DNA of 64,000 nt from Actinomycetota bacterium (GTDB lineage Bacteria; Actinomycetota; Acidimicrobiia; Acidimicrobiales; CADCSY01), in NCBI GenBank assembly GCA_019347915.1, contig JAHWKL010000002.1, positions 2,425 to 66,424 on the forward strand, in the 5' to 3' direction. Shown here piece by piece: positions 8,601-20,600 of the stretch. The notes beneath the pieces are model-generated. The model saw only the letters and a program-made list of their open reading frames with translations. It searched no databases and was not told the origin of the DNA. The position numbers and the translations under genes are program-made. The stretch's first letter is position 1. Each line of letters opens with the position of its first letter.

Positions 8601-11600
8601 GTCGGTGTGCGGGCCGCCGGGCCGGAAGTCGGCCAGCGAGGAGATGAAGATGCGGTCGTCGCCGGCACCGAGCCGGATGTCGGTGCGGAACGTCGCGCCC
8701 GTGCCCTGGACGTTGAGGACGTGCGCCGCCGTGCCGAGACCTAAGGTGATGTCGAGGATCTCGAGGCGGTGGTACTGCAACCCGTCGGTGCGCAGGGCGA
8801 CGCCGGCGTTCCTGGTCGGGTCGAGGTCGAAGGCCTGCAACTGCGGCGCGCTCGCGCCCGCCAGCTCACCGTGGAAGCCGATGAGGAAGTCGTCGCCGAC
8901 CTGCCAGACCCAGACGCTTGGGGCGCAGTCGCTGGTACCGAGGTCGCCGCAGCCGGTCTCGTCCCAGTCCTGCTCGGTGACGACGTGGAAGGGGTCAGCC
9001 TCGCGGCTGGGCCCGTTGTAGTTCATGCCCAGCGGGAAGATGAGCGCCTGGACCGCCGTGGCCAGGTTCACAGAGGTGAGCGGCAGGATGCCTGCGGCCC
9101 CGTCGCCTGCCTGCGGGGCACCGACCCGGAACTGCAGAACGCCGTAGCCGGCCACCACGAGGGTGATGATCTCCGCGGTACCCGGCCGGAGCGCCCACAC
9201 CTGGTCCGTGCCGGGCGCCATGTCCAGCCCGGTCACCGACGTCGGGGTCACCGTCGCCCAGTCCGGATCCGGCTCGGCGCTGTCGTCCAGGTGGACGTCG
9301 TCGAAGCCGGCGCCGCCGTCGACGGTGAGCAGCGCTCGGATCTCCTCGACCGTCCGGCCACCGGACACGGTGATGCCCATCCGCACGGTGTCGTCGCCGT
9401 CGCCGCCGTAGACGACGGTGTGTCCGGCGACGGTCTCGACGTGCACGGTGTCGTCGCCGGCGCCGGTGTCGATCAGCGTCGTGCCGGCGTGCGTCGACTG
9501 GACCGTGAAGGTGTCGGCTCCGTAGCCGAGGAGGATCTCCAGGGCCTCGAGGTCGAGGTAGGTGATGCCACCCGGGAACAGGCGGCCGGCGACGAACAGG
9601 TCGGGTGCCATGCCCAGGCCGGTGATGCGCGTCGACGTCAGGTTCCCGATGTCGTCAGCCGGGCTGTCGTCGTTGCGGACGACCAGCCGGTCGACCTGCT
9701 TGGCCTCGTCGACACGGATGGTGGGCAGCACGGGCGGCTTCGGCGGTCCGGAGAGCTCGCCCGGCAACACGATCGGCAGGTAGCCGTCGAGGGAGGTGTT
9801 GAAGGCGGGGTCAGGGTCCAGTCCCCCGATGACGAACAGCGGCCCCTGGACCACATGGGCCCGCCGGGCGACCGGTGCGAAGGCCTGGAGCTCGCCGCCG
9901 TCCTTGACGCCGTCCACGACGGCGGTGACGACGACGAGCTTGTCGAGGTCCCAGTTGGTGTCGTCGAACTCGACGTAGTACCTCGTGTGACCGTCGACGG
10001 TCACACTCCCCACGTCGGCGCCGCTGAGCGTCACCTGGACGCGCTCGGCCTCCACGAACTCCTGGACGGCGTTGTCGAAGTACGCCGTCGGAGTGGGGTC
10101 GGGCGAGAGCCAGATCCGCACCGCTCCGCCTGGCGCCCGGGTGAGGCGGACGGTGTAGGTGTCGGTTGCTCCACCCTCGACCACACGGGTGGTGCCGTCG
10201 CTCTGGGCGATGATGACGCCCGGCGTGTCGCTGTCGGCGATGCCAGCGGAGACCCGTTCGATCTCGACCCCGTGGATGCCCACCACTGCGATCTGCGTGC
10301 CCTCGCCGATGGTCCCGGCACCCCAGGCATCCACGGTCGTGATGGTCCACGCCGTGTTCGATGCGATACGCCGGTACTCGCCGGGTCCGCTGCCGTCGAC
10401 GACGCGGACGATGGCACCGACCAGCCCGCCGCCGGCGGTGGGTAGCGACGAACCCGCCTGCGTCAGGGTGATCGTGCGCCCGGACACCGACTCGACGACG
10501 CCACCGATGAAGCCGAGCGCCGGCGGCGGCGCGTACCCGGTGATCACCCAGCTGGCGCCGGTGCCGGGGAGGACGTCCCACGGCGTCTCGGTGGCCACCA
10601 CCAGGCCGTCGGCGGTGACAAAGCTCTCGAAGATCCGGCGGTACTGACCCTCGCCGGTGCCGTCGTAGATGCGCAAGAGGTAGCCGCGCAGTGCGTTCAA
10701 GAGGAGCGACCCGGCCGGGAGCCCGGCGGTCGGGATCACGATCTCGTTCTTCTTGCCGGTCACGGCGAGACCGGCGCCACTCCACACCTCGCCGGTGCTG
10801 GTGATGGTCTGGGTGACGTAGCCGAAGTGGGGCCCCTCGACGACGCTGTCGTGGATCGCCTGCAACGTCACCGTCTTGGACGCCCAGTCCGTCGGCGTGA
10901 AGGTCAGGACCGAGCTGTCCACCACGGCCAGCTGCGGGCCGGGGTCGATCGTGATGACGATGGTGGTGAGCGGTGCGCGGTTGAGGCCGACGGTGTAGGT
11001 CGCGGTCGAACCGCTCATCGACACGACCGCCGCGTTCACGACGTAGGGCTCGACGACCCTCACGCCGCCCGCCGGGAGCTCGACGACCACTCCGACGGCG
11101 TTGCCATCGAGCACCCGCACGAGGGTATTGGCGACCTGGATGCCGTCGTAGCCGCCACCTTGGACCATGGTCTGGAGGACGACCGACCGCTCCCCCTCGG
11201 ACGAGTTGTCCTCGATGGCACGCACGAACACGGTCTGGGCCACGTCGTAGTCAGAGGCGTCGAACGACAGCGTTGCGGTGGTGCCCCAGACGACCCCGTC
11301 GACGGACAGCTCCACGCCGCGTGAGCGGGACGCCGAGGACAGGTTCACGGGCGGCGCCTGGATGGTGACCGTGACCGAGCTGGTCGGCACCATGCTCAGG
11401 TACACCGTGAACTGACCCTGGGCACCGATCGGCGCTCCGGTGACGCGGTCCTGTTCGCGAACCAGGAGCCCGCCGGTCGGCGGCATGATGACCACGGCGG
11501 GTGCATCGGCGTCGACGACCTCGGCGGCGATGCCGTCGATCGGCACGCCGTTCCAGCCCGCCGGGGCGTTCTCGACGGAGTGCGTGATGATCCCGCTGTG

Positions 11601-14600
11601 GCCGAGCAGGTCGTCGGCCTGCACCACCGGCGCGTGGTCGGCGACGACCACGGTGTCGCTCCCCAGCCCGCCGACGATCCGCGTCTCGACATTCGGGTTG
11701 GTGGACTGCACGTAGAACGAGTCGTCCCCCTCCATGCCGTCGATGACGAGTCGTTCGATGTTGAGGAAGCTGACGAAGCGCCCGGCGCCGTACACGCCGG
11801 TGTCGGTGACGACGAACGTGTCGCCGAACTCCGTGCCGACGATGATCACGGTGTCGTAGCCATCGCCGCCGTCGATCGCCACCGGGGCGTTCATGGCGTA
11901 CTGGACGAGGTCCCGGCCCACGCCGGAGCGGACCTTGGTGAGCTCGGAGTCGGCGACGAAGGTACGGATGACGAAGGTGTCGTCGCCGTCCTCGCCGTTG
12001 AGGGTGAGCACGCCCTTGTTGCGGAAGACGTCGAAGATGTCGTCGCCGGTGCCGCCGTTGATGGTCACCGGGTGCGACACGCCGTTGGTCAGCCAGCCGC
12101 GGGTGGAGGCGAAGAAGTTGGCGTCGAACTCGGGGTTGCCGGGCAGCCCGGTGCCGAAGGGGACTCCGAACTCGTGTCCGTTCGAGTCGTAGTCGGTGAG
12201 GATCTGGCCGACGTAGAAGCGGTCGTTGCCGCCGTCGCCGTTCACCGTCATGAACGACGAGGTGTCGTCGAAGGCGAAGGTGTCGTCGCCGTCACCGCCG
12301 TTGACGATCACGCCTCCGTTGATCGTCGCGCTGTACACGACCATCTCGGCATCCTGGAACATGCCGTCCCCGTCCGGCCGGGTGAGCTGGGCGATGAGGT
12401 CTCGGCGGAAGAGGAAGGTGTCGGCGGCGGGCGAGCCGGTGACGATGAGGACGTTGGAGTCCTGGTCGGGATTGGTCGTCTCCCCCACGCCCGGGGCGCG
12501 GAACCCGTCTTCCACGTCGACCCGGGTGTTGCCCTCGCCCCAGAGCCCGACGATGAAGTAGTCGGAGCCGTGGCCTCCACGCAGCACGAGGTGGCCGCCG
12601 AGGCCGTTCGGCTCACCGGCGGTCACGATGGGGTTGACGACGAGGATGTCGCCGCCCGCCTGACCGTCGACCGTCGTGTCGGCGGCGATCGTCTCGATCA
12701 TCACGACGTCGTCGCCGGCACCGGTGGCGATGGTCGTCGGACCCGGTGTCGAGTCGACGTTGACCACGTCGTCGCCCGCACCGAGCCCGACCGCCAGGGC
12801 GTCGAATCCGATGTAGCTGATCCAGCCGTCGGACATGGCCGTCGCACTGATGGTGGCGGTCTCGCCGGTCGGCGCCTCGAGCGGCGTTGAGCCGGGGTCG
12901 TGCGTGATCAGGTGGCTCCAGCCGGCCGCGCCTGCCAGCAGGCCGCGGTAGGCGATGACCCAGGTGTCCCCTGCCTTCGTGACGACGACCTTGCCGGCCA
13001 TGCCGGGCAGCGCTTCGAGGGCCTCGAGGACGTCCACGGCGGAGGCGTCGAAGTCGAGGTCCCACGTGGTGCCGGCGCCGGCGACGACCAGTCGGAAGCG
13101 GCCACCGATGGCGTTGTGCACCCGGACGACCTGGACCAGGTCGGGAAGGGCGAGACCTCCGCTCTGCAGACGGACGGACTCGTTGAACGCCATGCCCAGA
13201 CCGCTGATGCGGGTGGCGGTGACGACACCGATGCGGTCGTCGGCCACCGATGCGCCGGTGTCGTCGACCTGCAACGTGTCCGTGCCGCCGCCGGCGACGA
13301 GGTCGAGGTGCGCCTGGATGCCGGTGAGCACGCCCCCGGTCATGACCGGTGCGGTGCTGCCGACGCGCACGGTGTTGTCGCCGATTCCGAGGTCGATGGA
13401 CGTCGGGCCGTCGATGGTCTTGACGTTCACGCCGTCGCCGCCGTCGTTCGTCTGCAGGATGGTCCGGTAGCTGCGGACCGGTCCTGTCTCGCCGTGGGTG
13501 CTGTGGACGGTGAAGGTGTCGCTGCCCGACCCGAGGGCGATCCGCAGGTCCTCCAGCTCGGTGTAGATGATCCCCGCCGGCGAGAGTCCCAGTCCCTGGA
13601 GCAGGTCCTTCCAGAGCTGGCCGGCGGTGGCGCCGCTGCTGGCCAGGCTGTCACGGGTGTCGTCGACGGTGAGCAGGTCGAGCCCGCCACCACCGGTCAC
13701 GGTGAGCGCGGCGGCGATCTCGTTGACCGTTCCGCCGGCGTTGGACCACGCGGTGGCGGTGTGGGTGGCGGCGGCATTGCTGCCGACGGCGACGACGTCG
13801 TCACCCGAGCCGACGTCGATCAGGTGGGGGACGTCGATCTCGCGGACCGCCACCCGGTCGCCCCCGCTGAGCGTGCGGATCTCGACGAGCTCGACGTCGA
13901 GGTGGTCGACGGTGACGAGGTCGGAGCTGGCACCGGGCGCCCGCAACCGGACGTAGCCACGGCCACCTGCGGTCTCGACGACGAGGTCCTCGCGCTGGCT
14001 CGTACCCCGGACCTCGAGCCGGTCCGAGCCGCCGCCGTCGTCGACAGTGACACGGGCGCCGGCCGCGGCCCGCAGCTCGACCCGCACGACGTCGTCGCCG
14101 TCGCCGGCGGCGAGGGTGGCGTCGGCGGTCCAGGGTCGCGCCGAGCGGGCGCTGGAGCCGACGGCCACCGTGCCGTCGGCGTCACCCACGAGGAAGGTGT
14201 TGGCCCGGGCGTCGCCGGTCAGCTGGGCCTGCTCGAAGATGCCCTTGATGTCCTCGGCGATGCCGCCGGCGGCGAAGTCCACGCTGCCGGTGACGGCGCC
14301 GACCACGAAGAGGTTGTCGTAGAGGCCGAACGAGACGAACCCGCTCGCCGGGCTGTAGTCGCCGAGGCCCTCGACGAGGGTGTCGTTGCCGCCGGCGTCG
14401 TGGAAGGCGTCGAGCCCGGGGCCACCGGTGAAGGTGTCGTCGCCGTCGCCGCCGTCGAGGACGTCGTTGAAGCGGGAGCCGACCAGGGTGTCGTCGCCGT
14501 CGCCGCCCCGCAGCGTCACCGCCACCCGGTCCTCGCTCAGGCCGTAGGCGTCGATGGTGTCGTTCCCGTTGCCGGACTCGATGACCAGCCGGTCGCCCTC

Positions 14601-17600
14601 GCCCCGGACGGTCTGGCCCACCCACACGGTGTAGCTGCCGCTGCGGGCCACCTTCACTTCGCTGCCGGTGCGCCCGGTCGACGAGGCCTGCCCCTCGAAT
14701 GTGACCGTGTAGGCGTCGGCGCCGTTCGAGCCCCGGATGGTGATGGTGTCGCCGGCGGCGTCAGGATCGATCCGAACGTCGGGCACCTCGCGGGCGAACG
14801 TGGCCCCGTCGATGGTGACGGTCTCGGTGCGGGTGCCGTTCACCGTGACCCGACGGCCGAGGTCGATCGTGAGGTTCTGGACGCCGGAGCTGCTGCCGAG
14901 GTCCTCGACCACGAACGTGTCGGCGCCGGCCCGCCCGTCGATGAAGAAGCTCTCGACCGTCGAGACGTTGCGGTTGGTGCCGTTGAGCGCGAGGCCGACC
15001 ACGTTGGCGCTGGGCGAGGAGATGACCAGCGTGTCGGGGTTGGCCGAGAGCGTCAGGTAGAGGCTGTCGGTGCCGGCACCGCCGGTGATGGTCGGGGCCT
15101 GGGCGCCGTCGATGACGACGAAGAGGACGTCGTTGCCTTCCTCGCCGTCGAACTGGCCCGCCACACCCTCGAGCACGTCGTCGCCGCCGCCGCCCTTGAG
15201 CGTGTCGGTCGGGCTGCCACCGATGAGGTGGTCGTTGCCGGAGCCGCCGTGCAGCGTCGCCGTCCCCGAGCCCCGGTGCACCAACATGTCGTCGTCGCCG
15301 TCGCCGTTCACGGTGGCGTCGCCGGGGCCGGTGTGCTCGATGTAGTCGTTCCCGGCTCCGCCAGAGAGCGTGCTGTCGCTGGCGGTGCCGGCGTAGGTGA
15401 TCACGTCGTCGCCCTCGCCGCCGGCGATGAACACCGGCACCTTCACCGAGTGGGCGATGACGATGGTGTCGTTGCCGTCGCCGAAGTCGGCGTGGATCTC
15501 GTTGACGTGCTCGTAGGTGTTGCTGCGGCCGAAGGCGGTCACCTTGATGGTGGCGCTGGTGTCCGTGCCGCCGACCTGCTCCACGAGGAACATTTCCTCG
15601 ATGTCGTCGGTGGCGATGTTCCTCGCCGTCCGCCTCGTCGAGGATCCCGCGTTCAACGTCAGCTGGGTGTGGCCCGAGTCCCACGTGCGGGTGCCGTCGA
15701 AGCCCGCCAGGTACGTGGGCGGCGGGAACTGGAGGTAGCCGATGGTGAAGCGGGCGGTCTTGGTGACGCCGATCCCGAGCACGGTGACGCGGACCTTGAC
15801 GGTGAGGACGATCTCGACCTTGCCCTCCGGGCCGGCGGTTGCGGTGTCGAGGTCGAACGAGAAGCTCAGGCCCACGCCGGCCAGCGTGATGCCGAAGGCC
15901 CGCACCTTCACGCTGGCCGAGCCGCTGAGGTGGAACACGTAGGTGTCGTGGGGACCGGATGATCCGCAGTTGGTGAGCTCGGAGCGCACGCAGGAGGTGA
16001 CCCGGAACGAGAAGTCACCGCGGAGGCCGAAGCTGTCGGAGCCGAGCTGCATGCGCCCGGCCAGCGAGAGGTCGAAGTTGCCCCTGGAGTCGAGGTAGAT
16101 CGAACCGCTGAGGCGGGCGAGGCCGAAGAAGTCGACCGACGCGTTGGCGTTGAACGACCACTCGCTTCCCGACACGACGATCCGCAGGCCGGCGTCGAAG
16201 TTGAACACCTCGAGGATGCTGACCTTGCCACTCAGGTCGAGGACGAAGGTCTTGGCGCCGATGCCGAGGAGCCGGGCGTTGCTGGTGTTGATCTGCAGCG
16301 TTCCGGCCGCCTCGATGGAGAACACCGCGGCGTCGGCCTTGGCGCTGATGTTCAGCGAGAGGGCGAAGCCCGGGTTGGGCCCGCCGACCACCGCCGCCCC
16401 GCCGTCGGCCCGGAACTGCAGGCCACCGAGATCGAAGCCGATCCCGAACAGCAGCTGGAAGCCGGTGGGCGAGACGCTGACCTCGACGAAGCCGTCGGCC
16501 TCGGTGCCGAGGAGCTGCATCGATCCCTCGATGCGCAGGAGGAAGCCCGGGTTCACCGTGGTCGATCCCAGCGTCTGGACTCGCCCGGTGGTGTTGAGCG
16601 CGACGATTGCGCCGACGTCGAGACCGAGTCCGATCTTGTCGCCGAAGTTCGCGTCCAGTTCGACCTGGACCCGGGCGACCAGGCCTTGCGAGTTGATCCG
16701 GAACCCGGAGTCGATGAGGCTCACGCCCCCGATCGGGTCGAGGTCGAGCGAGCCGTTCACCACCAGCTCGATGCCGGGGTTGCCGCCGGCCAGCTCGAGG
16801 CGGAACATCACCGAGCCGGTGACCGTGAGCCGCTCGGCGATGATGAGCAGACCCGACATCTCGAGCTTGAACCCGCCGACCGTCTCGATCGTCTCCGCCT
16901 GGGCGACGAGGTTGCCGGCGGCGTTGCGCTTGAAGCCGTCGAAGACCTTGACCCCGGACTCCAGTGTCCGGGTGTTGACGGCGAAGGTCTGGATCTTCTG
17001 GGCGGTACTGAAGGTGTTGATCTCGAGCAGGAACTGGCCGCTGAAGACGACACCCGGGATCTGGTTGCTGCCGAGGGTGAGCTGCACGCGGCCGACCACG
17101 CCCGTCTTCGCCCCCGCGTAGACGGCGAGGTTGAGCACACCGGTGAGCGATCCCAGGAATGGGATGGTGGTGCCGACGGCGCCGTCGACCTCGAGGTAGG
17201 CGAACCCGGACGGGTCGACGGCGGCCGTGATCCCGATGTAGCCGTTGAGGGTGAAGGCGCCGCCGATGCTGATCTGGGCTTGCACGATGGCCTTGACGTA
17301 GACCTCGCCACCCGGCGCGCCGTTGGGGTCGCGCCGGCCGTCGACGCCCGGTGCCGACTTGAAGACGGTGATGGTGGTCGGCTCCCCGGGCCGCAGCAGC
17401 GGCAGGAAGGCCGGTGGGATGGTGAAGGTCTTGTCCTTCAGCGTGGTGTTGAACATCACCGTGACGCTGCCGGTGGCGCTGAACAGGCTGCCGACGTCGG
17501 GGAGGCCGATGCCGCCGCCGGCGGCCACGGTGAAGGTGCCGGCGATGCCGTCGGTGGAGATGATCAGCAGGCCGGTGACCGAGCCGTAGTTGAGCCGGGC

Positions 17601-20600
17601 ATTGCCGCTGCCGAAGGAGAGCTCGCCGGTCAGGTACATCTGGAACGTCGGCGTCGCCGACGCCTCGATGCTGAGGAAGAACCCGCCCTGGACCCGCAGC
17701 AGCTCGGTGGTGGTGCCCGGCACCGACACGATCGCCTGGCCCACCAGCTCGATGGCGAAGCTGTACGGGTTCAGCGTGAACGTGCGGACCAGGTCGGTGC
17801 CGCCGGCGCCGAGGCCCCGCAGTGTGAGGGTCTCGACCTTGGTCTGCGCCGTGAGGTTCACCTGCAGCGTGCCCTTTGCGAACAGCTTCAGGCCGTAGGG
17901 CTCCAGCGCCGAGAAGTTGGTCTCGAGGGTGGCCACGCCCCAGAACTGCGGGATCTCCGAGAGGCCGTCGCCCATGTCCAGCACGAACCGGCCGGCGGTG
18001 GCCCCGACGGTGCCGAGCTTGATGATGGACAGCTGGCCGGCGAAGGTCAGGGTGAACAGCCGCCGGGCCGAGTCGATCTCCAGGATGACCTCAGCCTTCA
18101 GGTCGAGGAGGGGCTCGTCCAGCCCGGGAGCCTGCAGCAGGATGCCGCCGGAGAGCTCGATGAAGAAGGAGGTGCCCTGGGTGATGAGCTTGAACGAGCC
18201 CGACCCGGCGGCGGCGCGGTTGCCGGCGGAGTCGTTCCAGGCGCCGGCCACGAACGCCACGTTCACGGTGCCGGCGGTGAGCGTGCCGGTGTAGATGTAG
18301 CGGAAGGTCGTGGCGTCGATCCGGTGGACCGAGACGAACGACAGCGCCTCGCTGCCGGCGCCGGTGAGGACCAGCTGGCCGCCGGCGAGGATGCTGGCCA
18401 CGTCGACGGTGGTGCCCGGCACCGGCGTGAACACCACGTCGAGCCACGTGCGGGGGCCGACGGTCGACTCGTCGACCGACGACTCGACGGTGGCGGCACT
18501 GGCGAACACTGCGGTCCACGCCGTGCCGCCGGTGTCGGCCCAGCTCCCGTCGATGAACGACACGACGAGGCTGCCCCCCGTGTGCCCGGTGAAGAAGTAC
18601 CGGTACGTACCGGTCGCAGCGTCGACGAGCACCGGCACGCCGAGCACCGCCAGCTCGACCCCCGTCGAGGTGGTGATGGTGATCTCGGCGCCGGCGTCGA
18701 GCACCGTGGCGGCGTCCACCGCAGACCCGTCGAACGAGGCGAAGGTGACGTCGACGTGGCCCCGGCCGTTGAAGGCGTCGGTGCTGAGGACCCCGACCGG
18801 GTTCTTCAGTGCTGCGATCGGGACGGCAACGTCGAACGACTCGCTCTCGCTGTGGTTGCGCTGTTCGCCGGTGTCGGCGAAGGAGCCCGCCACAAACGTG
18901 ATGCTGTAGCGGCCGACCGAGAGCGTGGCGTCGAAGCCGTAGCGGTAGGTGTCGCTCAGGCCCACCCGGACCGGTGCCGACAGCGGGATGAGGTTGCCGG
19001 CGGCGTCGCGCAGGTAGATCTCGTCGCCGTCGATGGTGGCGTGGTCGATGGCGAAGCCGGAGGAAGGGCTGAAGCGGATCTCGATGTAGGCCCGCCCGTT
19101 GAGCAGGTCGCGGCCGATGGCGGCGCCGGCGAGCGGGACGACGGTCTCGGGCGTGTCGTCGTCGGCCGGGATGGTGGTCACGACGTCGGCGGCGGCGCCG
19201 GTGACGAGGAACGACTGCGTCACGCTGAGGCCAACAGGGGGCCCGCGGATCGGGTTGTCGCCCAGCTCGTCGATCTGGATGACCACGTCGACCGGGCCGG
19301 CCACGAACGAGCCCTGGAGCAGGTAGCGGTAGGTGGTGCCACCGAGGTGGATGGGGTTGCTTCCGGAGGGCACCGTGACCGTCGATCCACCGAAGCCGCC
19401 GATGGTGATCACCACGTCGTTGATCGTGCCCAGGTCGAGGATGCTGCCCGCGGCGGGGACGAAGGTCACGTCGATGAACGTCTGATCGACGGTCGGCACG
19501 GTCACCGGCACCGCTCCGGGCGGGCCCGGCTGCGTGCCGGTGTCGTCCTCGGCCGTCCAACTGGTGCTGCTGGCGGCGAGCGACACCGTGACGTCGAGGT
19601 CGGCGGCGCCGGCGGTCTCGACGATCACCGGGACCAGGAACCGGTTGGTGTCCCCGATCTGGGTGACCGGGCGGGTCTCGTCCAGGGTGACGACCCACCC
19701 CGATCCGAAGACGAGCTGGAGGCCAGGGTGGCTCGCTTCGGCGTCGACGAACCCGATGCCGCCGTAGATGGTCCTCGCCGCCTTCTCGGTGGGCAGCGGC
19801 ACCCCGCTCAGCGTGAGCACCGAGTTGCCGCCGCCCGAGATGCCGGCGACGGTCCAGGTCCCCGCCAGCCCACCTATGAGCACGACCTGCCCAACCCGGA
19901 AGCCCTGCGCGACCCAGTCGACGGGACCGGTCACCGTGCCGCCGCTCCCGGTCGAGGCCAAGGTGAACGCGGCCGACACCACGAGGGCGTCCGTCACCGA
20001 GTCGGGGTCGAGCTCGAAGCCGGCGGGCACGCCGTTGCTCTCGGCCGACGGGAAGGTGACGGTGACGGTGCCCGGCGTGTCGCCGGCGGCGATCGTGCCG
20101 CCGGAGACGGCGCCGGTGACGAAGTCGCCGATCAGCGACCAGCTGCGGGCGATGAAGGTGAGGGTCACCGTGTCGACCGGCGAGGCGAAGCTGCCAGTGA
20201 GCCAGAACAGGAAGCTGAGCGAGCCGTCCACCGTGCCCGGCGTCCCCGAGATCAGCGTCGGCGCCCGGGACGAGTCCAGCTGGACCGAGCTCAGGCCCGG
20301 CCCGGACAGGACGAACTCCGGCTGGAGGTCGGTGATCGACGCCAGGTCGAGGGCGTAGCCCGTCGGCGGTGTGAAGCTGACCTCGATCCAGCCCCGACCG
20401 TTCAGCACGTTCACGTCGATGCTGGAGCCCGGCGTCGGGTCACTGATCACGCCGGTGGCGGCCACCACGGTGAAGCTCAGCGTGGCGGCGGTGTTCCCGG
20501 CGCCGGGCGTGGTGCCGGCCTCGCTGGTCACGTCGGCGTTCTCGAACGTGCCGGCCGGGAAGTCGAGCTGGACGACCCCCATGTCGACGGCGCCGGCACC

